Source of the DNA: Mobula hypostoma
Taxonomy: Eukaryota
DNA: 64,000 bases
Direction of reading: 5' to 3'
NCBI RefSeq assembly: GCF_963921235.1
Contig: NC_086097.1
Span: 134,790,001 to 134,854,000 of the forward strand
Part shown: positions 1 to 11,519 of the stretch, one piece after another
Layout of the letters: the number at the start of each line of letters is the position of its first letter
Position numbering within the stretch: position 1 is the first letter of the stretch
Position numbers and translations under genes: made by a program
Notes under the pieces: generated by a model
What the model was told of the DNA's origin: nothing
The model's database searches: none
Seen by the model: the letters and a program-made list of their open reading frames with translations, nothing else

Positions 1-1135
1 CTGTGAATACCTTCCCAATATAAACTTAATTTAGGGAAATCCCAAAAAATATGGAAATGATTTGCCTCCTTGGAGCCACACCTTCTCCAACACGCCACGT
101 TTGTATCTTTATATTCTTCCTGGTATGGGGTCTTGAAGTATCTTATAATATTTTTCCAACAATGTTCTCTCCAAATCAAAGAGTTAGTCGAAGACCACTG
201 GAAGCTGCATATTTTCCCCCAAGCCTCCTCTGAAAGTACCAACCCCACTTCTTTCTCCCACTTCTCTTTAATATACAATGTGTTTTCATTTTTGGCATGA
301 GAGAGGGCATTATGTAATTGAGAAATTGATTTACTTGGTATTGAACTGTAAGCCGAATTCAGAATCTTGAAAAATTCTAATTCTACTGTTGGTAAGTACA
401 ACTCTGTTGATATCTACAACTCTGGTTAACATGATGTTGTACTTGAAGGCACCTAAAAAAAGTCATTGTATTTGGCCATGTTTGTCCTGCAAGGACTGAA
501 AACTTTGTAATACACTTTTATGTGTGAATGAGAGGTAAGTTGTAAGACCTTTCTTTATCCACATTTCAAATCTTTTATCTCTTCTGCTGGGAAGAAATTC
601 GGTAATTTTTAATGTGAGATTTATCCAGCTGTTTTTAAACTTTTCCAATTGGGCCATCAATCCTTTGTCAGCTATTGAGGCCTGTAGAGGAAAACTGTCA
701 ATCAATCCAAATTCTATTTCCTTCCATCTAGCCTTATATTCCCTATTACACCAATATAACAGAGGGGTTATCTGTGAAGCATAAAAATAATTTCTCAAAC
801 AAGGAAGTGCCAAACCTCCTCCTTCCTTTCCTAACTGTAAGGTGTTAAATCGGATCCTAGGTTTATTTCCTTGCGGGAAATCCATTTGTCCCATTCCCTG
901 AATTGATTATCATCCACCTCCACAGTTAAAGTCCGGAAAAGGTAAAGTAACCAAGGGAGAATATTCATTTTTATGGTATTTATCCTTGAATTTAAACTTT
1001 AAAAGGGGATAAGATTCTACCTATGTATATCTGCTTTTATCTCGGAAACTAATGGCCCATAATTTACCTGTGACAATATTGAAAGATCTTTTGGTAGGGT
1101 TATTCCTAAATATTTTAGTAATTTAGCTTCCCACT
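1..1135 (-). mobile_element. Degraded L1/Tx1-clade LINE ORF2 fragment (C-terminal to the RT core)
   Basis: Minus-strand peptides KYLGITLPKDLSILSQVNYGPLVSEIKADIHR and KPRIRFNTLQLGKEGGGLALPCLRNYFYA are typical of L1/Tx1 post-RT regions; broken by stops and frameshifts. Confidence 0.7.
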
Positions 1136-1594
1136 TAGACTTTGAAGTCTTAAGAACATCTGTCTCTATAGTCTCTTCGCGATCTGCTCTGGCACTCTGG
1201 TTCCCATCCCCCTGCAACTCTAGTTTAATAGAACTAGATAGAATTTTACACTGAGTTTGAAAGGGTCACAGTTCAAGGAGTTGGTGGAGGCAAGTGAAAA
1301 CAAAGTACATAGAACATTACAGCGCACAATACTGGGGCAATCTTCTCCCTTGCATTCCCTGATTTCCAACTGTTTACTAGTGGCCATTCCTTCAGCTGTC
1401 CAAGTCCGACCACCGGAAATCTCTGCCTTCTTGAAGATTTTCCTGACTAACCTACATATTGGCCTTTTCATCTAAAAGCATCTTATATAGCTTGACATCA
1501 GAGTTAGTCTGTCAATGCTGTCATGCAACTTGAAACAGCTTTACTTCATGGAAGGTGGTATCTACATGCAAACTTTACAGAGGAAGTGACCAAC

Positions 1595-1674
1595 TTGTTT
1601 CACTGTCTGAACTGCATGAAGCCAAAACAAAATCCTGCCCTTGTCATCTGAGGCACCATGACCATAAAGTTTAC
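1595..1674 (-). pseudogene. CNDP-family (M20A dipeptidase) pseudogene exon: (G)KLYGHGASDDKGRILFWLHAVQTVKQ
   Basis: AG acceptor at 1676-1675 and a probable GTTGGT donor at 1594. Matches the CNDP1/2 exon GKLYGRGxxDxKGPV but is 80 nt against a recalled 89 nt, and GRG has become GHG. Confidence 0.8.
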
Positions 1675-2770
1675 CTTGGAGAATTTCAGAAAGAAAAACA
1701 ATATTAAAAGGCAGGAAATTTAATTTCACTCCATAGCCCAATTAAAAACACCAGTGGAAGGAAAAATACAAATATAAAACACCAAATGTATGGAGCAAAA
1801 ATCAAGCTGTTTGAGTAACTCAGTCAGGCAGCAATGGACAGTTGACCTTCAGGTTGAGACCCTGTTTGGAAAGATGGAGCAATTTGGATAAAGGATCATG
1901 ACACAAAACATCATTTCCCTCCACAGATGCTGCCTGACTCAGTTCTTCAGACAGCTCTTCTGTCTCCAATGTTAAGGAGCAGCTTTACAATACTAGGTCT
2001 GTCACTGTAATGTTGTCTGACATGATTTCATACAAATCAATACACTAAACCACCAAGTGATGCTCTGAGATGATTTGGCCGATCAGAGATTAGTAAGCAG
2101 CAATCCATGAGGGTGTGGGCTTTTAGAAACACCTTGGAAGATGCATATTAGGACAGTTAAAATGCTGGTGAGAGAAGGTTTTAAAGAAGGCAGAAGGTTG
2201 TAGTGAAGGTGTAACAGAATGGAAGGTGGAGTAATTGAATTTGGGATGCAGAAGAGCTGGAAGCACCCAGTTATCTCAGAGCAATAATGTACACAAGAGT
2301 CAAAATTTTGTTGTGTTTTGGATGGGTGCATTGATCCACCTTTTGGGACAGACGTTCATGCGTTTCCATTAACATACATCAAGCTTTGATGTTCAGTTAG
2401 AGGGGTTTGTTGTGTAATTCCCTGCTGGACATTCCCCTTGCCCCTCACCTTCCTCTCCCCCAACCCCGTCCCCTCCTGCTATATGTCCCTGATTGGAACA
2501 TTTGTAGGGTTGGAAGAGGTAGGCTTGGATGAGCCTTAACTGGATACAAAGGGGTGAGAATTCTTGCATCAAGGTGTTGGACATCCAGGCTTTACTGAAA
2601 GATCATTGACAGTCATGCCGTGAATTAGATGATCAAGACAATGAAGGAATTTGGTTATATTTGTTCAAAAATAAAGAAGAAATGATCATAAACAGGACAA
2701 TATACAGAGTGCAGGAGGCCAGTAGCCAGTGGACTGTAGAAGTCAGTGTGCACACAAACCCAACACTGAC

Positions 2771-2912
2771 CATCCTGTTCAGACAAGACATAAGGGTCTG
2801 TTGCAGGTTGAACATCGATGTGTCCATAAACACAGACAGTTGTTTTATTTGGATCTGTTCCCAGTTCATCCAGAATCACTGGTGGTATGGGAATTGTTCT
2901 TCCATTGGGAAG
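2771..2912 (-). pseudogene. CNDP-family pseudogene exon: LPNGRTIPIPPVILDELGTDPNKTTVCVYGHIDVQPATDPYVLSEQDG
   Basis: AG acceptor and GTCAGT donor; contains the metal-binding YGHxDVQPA motif; 142 nt, lacking 7 codons including the conserved DGW. Confidence 0.9.
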
Positions 2913-3788
2913 CTATGGAAAGGATGGAAAAAAAGTCACCAGCAACAGTTAAAAAAAAAATTAACCGAATAGATTATCAAAAGGCAAAGTCAGCTTTTAA
3001 GTTTTGACTGGAATACTGCTTTTTTTTTCAACTACTTACTGAGCCCAAAATCAATCTTCACCTGTCATAACAATGACGTATTTCTTATTGAACATTGTCT
3101 TATTTAATGTCACGGACATGCTTACGTAAACACTTAAAAATCAAAAGGCTGGAAACACAATGCCTAGTTGTTGTCACAACAAATGAACAATGGAGGGAAA
3201 TGCCATTTGGTGCATCTGGTCTAGACTTGCATTGATGCATTCTTACTCCAACTTTCCAGCTTTTCTCCTTTATACACTCCCTAGATCAACCCACCTGAAA
3301 CACAGCTTGTCCATTTATTTCAAACATTTCATACTACGTTCCTGTGTTGTGTTCTGCATTGATCCCAGTCCAAACAGTTTTTGATCTCAGCATGTTGAGG
3401 AAGTATTTTTCTTTTATTCACTGACAATCCCAGTGTTAATTGCCTGTCTGGGATTGCTTTGGAATGGAATATCAGAGGCTCAGTCAGAGGCAATCACATG
3501 GCTGTAGGTCCAGAAATCCACGAGCCCAGTCCCACCCAGAGCAGCATTCCAACTGCAGTAAGATTCCCACCCAGACCGGAGCAGGTAAGGATGGGAGATT
3601 TTCTTCCCCCGAGTTGTAAGTTACTGTTACTGGCTTTTCAAACAATCCACATCTTCACACAGCCCTCTCAGGAGTGAGCTCTGAGAGAATGTGGGGAGCG
3701 GGGCACAGTAGGTCGCATCCTGCACTGACATGTAGCACTTTGGAGCTGGAGAAGCAACTCTCCTGGGTTACCTGTGGTGTAACCTTCC

Positions 3789-3924
3789 CTCCTCAGTGCC
3801 CACATCTGTTAGCTCGATGGATCCTCCCAGCCGTTTCATCGCCTTCCCACCAACGCAGACCATCCTTGCCACTCTTTACTGGGATGCCTGACTTACTCTG
3901 GATCACTACCCACTCCTTCAGATG
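3789..3924 (-). pseudogene. CNDP-family pseudogene exon: HLKEWVVIQSKSGIPVK / VARMVCVGGKAMKRLGGSIELTDVGTEE
   Basis: Aligns to CNDP2 [48 protein letters not shown] across a frameshift (136 nt against 144 nt); the donor reads GGAAGG instead of GT. Confidence 0.85.
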
Positions 3925-4179
3925 CTGCAAGGTGAAATTTTGCACCGTGAGCAAGTTATAGTTGAGGGAACCGGAGTAAAACTAAACTCAGCCTGTGGAC
4001 AGACAACAACCTGACCCTGAGGTGTGGCTGTGCCCTGTCAGCATGGGTTGTGGATTCAGTTCAAACCTCAGTGTGGGCTCTACCACTGCCCTCGTTCTCT
4101 GTCCTGACTCCACTGCCACGTCGCCTCCCGGCATCAGCTCCCTTTTCTCCTCTTGCAGCTCGTCGCTTCATGGAGCTCC

Positions 4180-4268
4180 CTGCACAGCACACAGTGGCGA
4201 TGATTTATTGATTCACTTGAAGATCAGTCCAACACACGCCAAGCTGGTAGTTTCTTCTTGTATCAGCA
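4180..4268 (-). pseudogene. Probable remnant of the first coding exon of the CNDP pseudogene
   Basis: TTACAG acceptor at 4270-4269; from 4242 it reads LACVGLIFK*INK, with the same spacing as CNDP2 MAALTTLFKYIDE (start codon now TTG, internal TGA, no intact donor). Confidence 0.45.
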
Positions 4269-4493
4269 CTGTAAGTAGAATGATCTTAAGCACACTATAG
4301 TCAGAGATTCAGAAAATCAGAAGCCTAGTGGGAGAGACTAGGGCCAAGGTGCCTTAGAATAAAGGGGCACCCCTTTAGAATCACAATCATTGGCGTATGT
4401 CGTGAAATCTGTGGATTTGCAGCAGTCATATTGTGCAACACAAAAATATACTATACAATAACAAAAAATATATATTTACATAAAAATTAAAGA

Positions 4494-6164
4494 CAGTGCC
4501 TTTAAAAAGCATTCATCACCCACCCCCCCCCGCCCGCTCCCCGTGGGAAGTTTTCAAGTTTTATTGTTTTACAACATTGAATCACAGTGGATTTAACTTA
4601 TGTCTTTTTGACACTGATCAACAGAAAATGACTCTTTTGTGTCGAAGTGAAAACAGATCTTTACAAAGTGATCTAAATTAATTACAAATATAAAATACAA
4701 AATAATTGATTACATAAGTATTCACCCACACCCCCCCCCCTTTCATGTGACACACCAAATCATCACCAGTGAAGCCATTTGGTTTTAGAAGTCACATAAT
4801 TAGTTAAATGGAGATCGGTTTTTGGAGACCTGTGTGCAGTCAAGGTGTTTCAGTTGATTGTAGTAAAAATACACCTGTATCTGGAAGGTCCAACTGCTGG
4901 TGAATCAGTGTCCTGGCAAAAACTACACCACGAAGACAAAAGAACACTCCAAGCAACTCCACAAAAAGATTATTGAAAAGCACAAGTCAGGAGATGGATA
5001 CAAGAAAATTTCCAAGTCACTGAATATCCCTTGGAGTACAGTTCAGTCAATCATCAAGAAATGGGAAGAATATGGCACAGTTGTAAATCTGCCTAGAGCA
5101 GGCCATCCTCAAAAACTGAGTGACCGTACAAGGGGACTAGTGAGGGAGGTCACCAAGAGACCTGTGACAACTCTGGAGGAGTTACAAGCTTCAGTGGCTG
5201 AGATGGGAGAGACTGTGCAGACAACAACTGTTGCCCGGGTGCTTCACCAGTCACAGCTTGGTGGGAGAGTGGCAAAGAGAAAGCCACTATTGAAAGAAAA
5301 CTCACATGAAATCTCAGTGGGAGTTTGTCAGAAGGCATATTGAGGATTGTAAAGTCAGCTGGAAGAAGGTTCTATGATGTCATGAAACCAAAGTTGAGTT
5401 TTTGGGCCATCAGACTAAATGCTATGTTTGACGTAAGCCAAACACCACACATCATCAAAAACACACCATCCCTACCATGAAGCATGATGGTGGCTGTATC
5501 ATGCTGTGGGGATGCTTCACTGCAGCAGGCCCTGATAGACTTGTGAAGGTAGAGGGTAAAACAAATGCAGCAAAATACAGGGAAAACCTGATGCAGTCTA
5601 CAAGAGAACTGTGACTGGGAGAAGATTTGTTTTCCAGCAAGACAAAGACCCCAAGCATAAAGCCAAAGCTACAAAGGAATGGCTTAAAAACAACAAAGTT
5701 AATGCCCTGGAGAGGCCAAGTCAGAGTCCAGACCTCAATCCAATTGAGAATTTGTTGCTGGACTAGAAAATGGCTGTTCACTCAAAATCCCCTTGCAATC
5801 TGACGGAACAAGCAGTTTTGTAAAGAAGAATGGGGAAAAATTTCAGTATCCTGATGTGCAAGGCTGATAGAGACCTATCCACACAGACTCAAGGCTGTAA
5901 TTGCTGCCAAGGTGCATCTACTAAATAATGACTTGAAGGGGGTGAGTAATTATAGAAAATTATAGTAATTATGCGATCAATTAGTTTGTGTTTTATATTT
6001 GTAATTAATTTAGATCACTTTGTACAGATCTGTTTTCACTTTGACATGAATCTTTTTCTGTTGATCAGTGCCAAAAAAGCCAAATTAAATCCACTGTGAT
6101 TCAATGTTGTAAAACAACAAAACATGAAATCTTCCAAGGGGGTGAATACTTTTTCCAGGCAGTA
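4494..6164 (+). mobile_element. Tc1-family DNA transposon, full length, defective transposase, long IR/DR-type TIRs
   Basis: Begins CAGTGCC; about 220-bp inverted repeats at 4494-4727 and 5938-6164. Transposase remnants at about 4930-5930: paired-like HTH (GYKKISKSLNIPWSTVQSIIKKW), [18 protein letters not shown]; start codon is ACG, with stops and frameshifts. Confidence 0.92.
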
Positions 6165-6620
6165 TGAGTAGTGCAAAATGAGAGAAGTGGAGGGGAAGAA
6201 GCTGTTCCTGAAACATTGAGTGTGTCTTCAGGCTCCCGTACCTCCTCTCTGATGATAGAAATAAGAAGAGAGCATTCCTGAATGATGGGGTTCCTTAATG
6301 ATGGATGCTGCCTTTTTGAGGCATCAACTTTTGAAGATATCCTCTATGCTGGGGAGGCTTCTGCCCATGATAGAGCGTGTTGAGGTTGCAACCCTCTGCA
6401 GCTTTTACCAATCCTGTGCAATGGTCCCTCCACACGAGATGGTGGTGCAACCAGTTAGAATGCTCTCCATGGTACATCTGCAGAAATTTGCTCATTTTTG
6501 GAGACATACCAAATCTCCTCAAACTTCTAATGAAATACAGTGGCTGGCATACTTTCTTCATAATTGCATCAATGTGTTGGGACAAGGATAGATCTTCACG
6601 GATGCTGACACCTAGGTACT
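6165..6620 (-). mobile_element. Rex1/Babar-type LINE 3' fragment; its tail continues at about 4385-4493, on the other side of the Tc1
   Basis: SQHIDAIMKKVCQPLYFIRSLRRFGMSPK resembles the Rex1 RT C-terminal region. Confidence 0.7.
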
Positions 6621-6807
6621 TGTGATGAGGAGGAATTTCTTCAGCCAGAGAGCGGGGAATCTGTGGAATTCAATGCTACAGAGGACAATGGAGGACAAGC
6701 CTCGGGTATATTTAAGGCAGAGTATGATAGATTCCTCATGAAAACACATACGGCAATGCAAGGAAGTTTGTGAACCCTGCAGAATTTTCACTAATCCTAC
6801 ATATCCT

Positions 6808-9561
6808 ATATTCAATATTCAGGAGGGATAGACATGAAGGAAGGGGAGGTGGGGTGGCGTTGCTGGTTAAAAAAGAGATTAACGCAATAGAAAGGAAGGA
6901 CATAAGCTGGGAAGATGTGGAATTGATATGGGTAGAGCTGCGTAACACTAAGGGGCAGAAGACGCTGGTGGGAGTTGTGTACAGGCCACCTAACAGTAGT
7001 AGTGAGGTCGGAGATGGTATTAAACAGGAAATTAGAAATGTGTGCAATAAAGGAACAGCAGTTATAATGGGTGACTTCAATCTACATGTAGACTGGGTGA
7101 ACCAAATTGGTAAAGGTGCTGAGGAAGAGGATTTCTTGGAATGTATGCGGGATGGTTTTTTGAACCAACATGTCGAGGAACCAACTAGACAGCAGGCTAT
7201 TCTGGACTGGGTTTTGAGCAATGAGGAAGGGTTAATTAGCGATCTTGTCGTGAGAGGTCCCTTGGGTAAGAGTGACCATAATATGGTGGAATTCTTCATT
7301 AAGATGGAGAGTGACATAGTTAATTCAGAAACAAAGGTTCTGAACTTAAAGAGGGGTAACTTTGAAGGTATGAGACGTGAATTAGCTAAGATAGACTGGC
7401 AAATGACACTTAAAGGGTTGACGGTGGATATGCAATGGCAAGCATTTAAAGGTTGCATGGATGAACTACAACAATCGTTCATCCCAGTTTGGCAAAAGAA
7501 TAAATCAAGGAAGGTAGTGCACCCGTGGCTGACAAGAGAAATTAGGGATAGTATCAATACCAAAGAAGTAGCATACAAATTAGCCAGAGAAAGTGGTTCA
7601 CCTGAGGACTGGGAGAAATTCAGAGTTCAGCAGAGGAGGACAAAGGGCTTAATTAGGAAGGGGAAAAACGATTTTGAGAGAAAACTGGCAGAGAACATAA
7701 AAACGGACTGTAAAAGCTTTTATAGATATGTAAAAAGGAAAAGACTGGTGAAGACAAATGTAGGTCCCCTGCAGACAGAAACAGGTGAATTGATTATGGG
7801 GAGCAAGGACATGGCAGACCAATTGAATAACTACTTTGGTTCTGTCTTCACTAAGGAGGACATAAATAATCTTCCAGAAATAGTAAGGGACAGAGGGTCC
7901 AGTGAGATGGAGGAACTGAGTGAAATACATGTTAGTAGGGAAGTGGTGTTAGGTAAATTGAAGGGATTGAAGGCAGATAAATCCCCAGGGCCAGATGGTC
8001 TGCATCCTAGAGTGCTTAAGGAAGTAGCCCAAGAAATAGTGGATGCATTAGTGATAATTTTTCAAAACTCGTTAGATTCTGGACTAGTTCCTGAGGATTG
8101 GAGGGTGGCTAATGTAACCCCACTTTTTAAAAAAGGAGGGAGAGAGAAACCGGGGAATTATAGGCCAGTTAGCCTAACGTCGGTGGTGGGGAAACTGCTG
8201 GAGTCAGTTATCAAGGATGTGATAACAGCACATTTGGAAAGCGGTGAAATGATCGGACAAAGTCAGCATGGATTTGTGAAAGGAAAATCATGTCTGACGA
8301 ATCTCATAGAATTTTTTGAGGATGTAACTAGTAGAGTGGATAGGGGAGAACCAGTGGATGTGGTATATTTGGATTTTCAAAAGGCTTTTGACAAGGTCCC
8401 ACACAGGAGATTAGTGTGCAAACTTAAAGCACACGGTATTGGGGGTAAGGTATTGGTGTGGGTGGAGAATTGGTTAGCAGACAGGAAGCAAAGAGTGGGA
8501 ATAAACGGGACCTTTTCAGAATGGCAGGCGGTGACTAGTGGGGTACCGCAAGGCTCAGTGCTGGGACCCCAGTTGTTTACAATATATATTAATGACTTGG
8601 ATGAGGGAATTAAATGCAGCATCTCCAAGTTTGCGGATGACACGAAGCTGGGTGGCAGTGTTAGCAGTGAGGAGGATGCTAAGAGGATGCAGGGTGACTT
8701 GGATAGGTTGGGTGAGTGGGCAAACTCATGGCAGATGCAATTTAATGTGGATAAATGTGAAGTTATCCACTTTGGTGGCAAAAATAGGAAAACAGATTAT
8801 TATCTGAATGGTGGCCGATTAGGAAAAGGGGAGGTGCAACGAGACCTGGGTGTCATTATACACCAGTCATTGAAAGTGGGCATGCAGGTACAGCAGGCGG
8901 TGAAAAAGGCGAACGGTATGCTGGCATTTATAGCGAGAGGATTCGAGTACAGGAGCAGGGAGGTACTACTGCAGTTGTACAAGGCCTTGGTGAGACCACC
9001 CCTGGAGTATTGTGTGCAGTTTTGGTCCCCTAATCTGAGGAAAGACAACTTTGCCATAGAGGGAGTACAAAGAAGGTTCACCAGATTGATTCCTGGGATG
9101 GCAGGTCTTTCATATGAAGAAAGACTGGATGAACTGGGCTTGTACTCGTTGGAATTTAGAAGATTGAGGGGGGATCTGATTGAAACGTATAAGATCCTAA
9201 AGGGATTGGACAGGCTAGATGCGGGAAGATTGTTCCCGATGTTGGGGAGTTCCAGAACGAGGGGTCACAGTTTGAGGATAGAGGGGATGCCTTTTAGGAC
9301 CGAGATTAGGAAAAACTTCTTCACACAGAGAGTGGTGAATCTGTGGAATTCTCTGCCACAGAAAACGGTTGAGGCCAGTTCATTGGCTATGTTTAAGAGG
9401 GAGTTAGATATGGCCCTTGTGGCTACGGGGGTCAGGGGGTATGGAGGGAAGGCTGGGTTCTGAGTTGGATGATCAGCCATGATCATAATAAATGCCGGTG
9501 CAGGCTCGAAGGGCCGAATGGCCTACTCCTGCACCTATTTTCTATGTTTCTATGTTTCTAT
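6808..9561 (+). mobile_element. Young CR1 LINE, 5'-truncated within the endonuclease, ORF2 uninterrupted
   Basis: Open frame to 9463 with APE motifs (VYRPP, GDFN, LDWV, SDH) and RT motifs ([30 protein letters not shown]); 3' UTR ends in a (TTTCTATG)n tail. Confidence 0.96.
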
Positions 9562-10315
9562 AAACATGACCCAGAATGTTGTCAGGTCTTCACGCAAGTC
9601 CTAAAACTAGACAGAGAACCCAATTAAATAAATAACACAAAAAACTGTAAACACCACTGTAACTGGCCAACCTACTTCACAATCCCCTTCCCACGTTTGC
9701 CCTTCACCACGAGGAAGAGCGGGGACAGATGGTGCATGCAGTTACACAACATGCCTTGGAATAGCTTAACTGTTTCTTCATCGTCACTGGGTTAAAACTA
9801 TGAAGCTTCCTCTGCAGTAGTAACCCTGAGCCTCCAATTGCATTTCACTGTAATTCTCTGTCCCACTCAGACCTCTCAATTTTTGCCCTCCTACAGTTTA
9901 AGCAAAGCCCATACATAAGTGAGGAATACCTCACCTTCCCACCATGCAGCAGAACTCAACAATTAATTCCCCAATTTTAGATAACTATCCTTTCTGGTTC
10001 GTCCTCTCCCAGGCATTCTCCCTCATCAGGCAGAAGATCTGAAAGCTTAAAAGCACATACGGCTAGAGTCAAGGACGGCTTCTATTCCAGTTATCAGAGT
10101 CCTGACCTCATATGTGCTAAAAGATGGGCTCCTGTTCTCCAACGTACTTCATCACTGCCCTTGCACTTTGTCTGGCTATATTGCACTTACCCGGTAACTG
10201 TAACACTATATTCTGCATAACAACAGGAATTCTGCAGATGCTGGAAATTCAAGCAACATACATCAAAGTTGCTGGTGAACGCAGCAGGCCAAGCAGCATC
10301 TATAGGAAGAGGCGC

Positions 10316-10351
10316 AGTCGACGTTTCAGGCCGAGACCCTTCGTCAGGACT
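10316..10351 (-). ncRNA. Minimal type I hammerhead ribozyme motif
   Basis: Reverse complement reads AGTC-CTGACGA-AGGGTCTCGGCCT-GAAA-CGTC/GACT. Confidence 0.75.
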
Positions 10352-10373
10352 AACTGAAGTCCCTCCTTCAGTT

Positions 10374-10409
10374 AGTCCTGACGAAGGGTCTCGGCCTGAA
10401 ACGTCGACT
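10374..10409 (+). ncRNA. Minimal type I hammerhead ribozyme motif
   Basis: Core CUGACGA 10378-10384, short stem II, GAAA 10398-10401, palindromic ACGU in place of stem III, GUC cleavage triplet ending at 10405, stem I AGUC/GACU. Confidence 0.78.
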
Positions 10410-10984
10410 GTGCCTCTTCCTATAGATGCTGCTTGGCCTGCTGCGTTCACCAGCAACTTTGATGTATGTTACTATATTCTGCATTCTGATTTTCCTTTAC
10501 GACCTCAATATATGGAATGATCTGTCCGGATGGCATACAAACAAACGCTTTTCACTGCATCATGATACATGTGACAACAGTAAACCAATACATTGCATCA
10601 GAACTGCATGATTTTGAAGAAAGGTAAACAACCTGTAAAGCCACCTGCTTCTCTCATCCCGGCTGCTGCCTGACCGGCTGGGGATTTCCAGCTCCTACAG
10701 TACACCGTATCTCATGGTTCCAACATTCTTTTATTTGTACTCGCCTGTTTTTACACGTCTCCCCAGTTTACAGCCCCTATAAACTGTCACTGTGTTATTT
10801 TTTTCAGTTATATAAAGAGCGAAAGGGAGGTGAGAGTTTATATCGGACCACTGAAAAAATGATACTGATGAGGTAGCAATGGGGGACAAAGAAATGGCAG
10901 ACGAACTGGGAAATATTGTATATCAGTCATTCAAGACAGTTACATTGAGCAAACACCAGGTGGTGATGAATCTGTAAAATCCGG

Positions 10985-11350
10985 ATTAGATTAGATTGGA
11001 TTATGAGGACACGCAGTCTTCTTTTATTGTCATTTAGAAATGCATACACTAAGAAATGATACAATGTTCCTCCAGTGTGATATCACAGAAACACAAGACA
11101 GACCAGGACTGAAAAACTGACAAAAACCACATAATTATAACATATAGTTACAACAGTGCAAGCAATACCGTAATTTGATAGAGAACAGACCATGGGCACG
11201 TTTAAGAAAAAAGTCTCAAAGTCTCTTGAAAGTCCCATTATCTCACGCAGATGGTAGAAGGAAGAAAACTCTTCCTGCCATGAGCTTCCAGCGCTGCAAA
11301 CTTGCCAATGCAGCAGCCTGGAAGCACCTGACCACAGTCCGACTCTGATT
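10985..11350 (-). mobile_element. 3' end of a LINE-related element with an (AATCT)n tail
   Basis: (ATTAG)n microsatellite followed by TTTATT (AATAAA on the minus strand); family not determined. Confidence 0.4.
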
Positions 11351-11519
11351 CATGGCAAATGCTTAACTAACAAAGAAGCTCATTTATCTAACATGGATTA
11401 GAATTGAGTACTGATCTACCCTAGCATCAAAAGCTCTGAAACCCAACTTGAAATGTCCTAATGCCGATAATCATGTTGTATATCATTCAGTTTTTCAGAA
11501 GTAATTGGCATAAGCAATA

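Larger units (their letters stand above)
10219..10470. mobile_element. 252-bp palindromic mini Penelope element
   Basis: Arms 10255-10359 and 10366-10470 (105 bp, one mismatch) with a 6-nt loop; 14-bp TSD ACTATATTCTGCAT at 10205-10218 and 10471-10484; sequence matches the PLE 3' end at 16495-16598. Confidence 0.93.

Noticed and set aside
3245..3295. Possible CNDP exon (WVDLGSV) with an AG acceptor
   Set aside because: Immediate stop codon, and the true homologous exon is at 3789-3924.
6736..7578. 280-aa minus-strand ORF
   Set aside because: Antisense shadow of the CR1 ORF2.
10187..10520. Recurrent ORFs beginning MLVNAAGQAASIGRG (also near 12960, 16580 and 28994) as a small-protein family
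   Set aside because: They are antisense readings of the PLE 3' UTR repeat, lack an ATG start and run into unrelated flanks.
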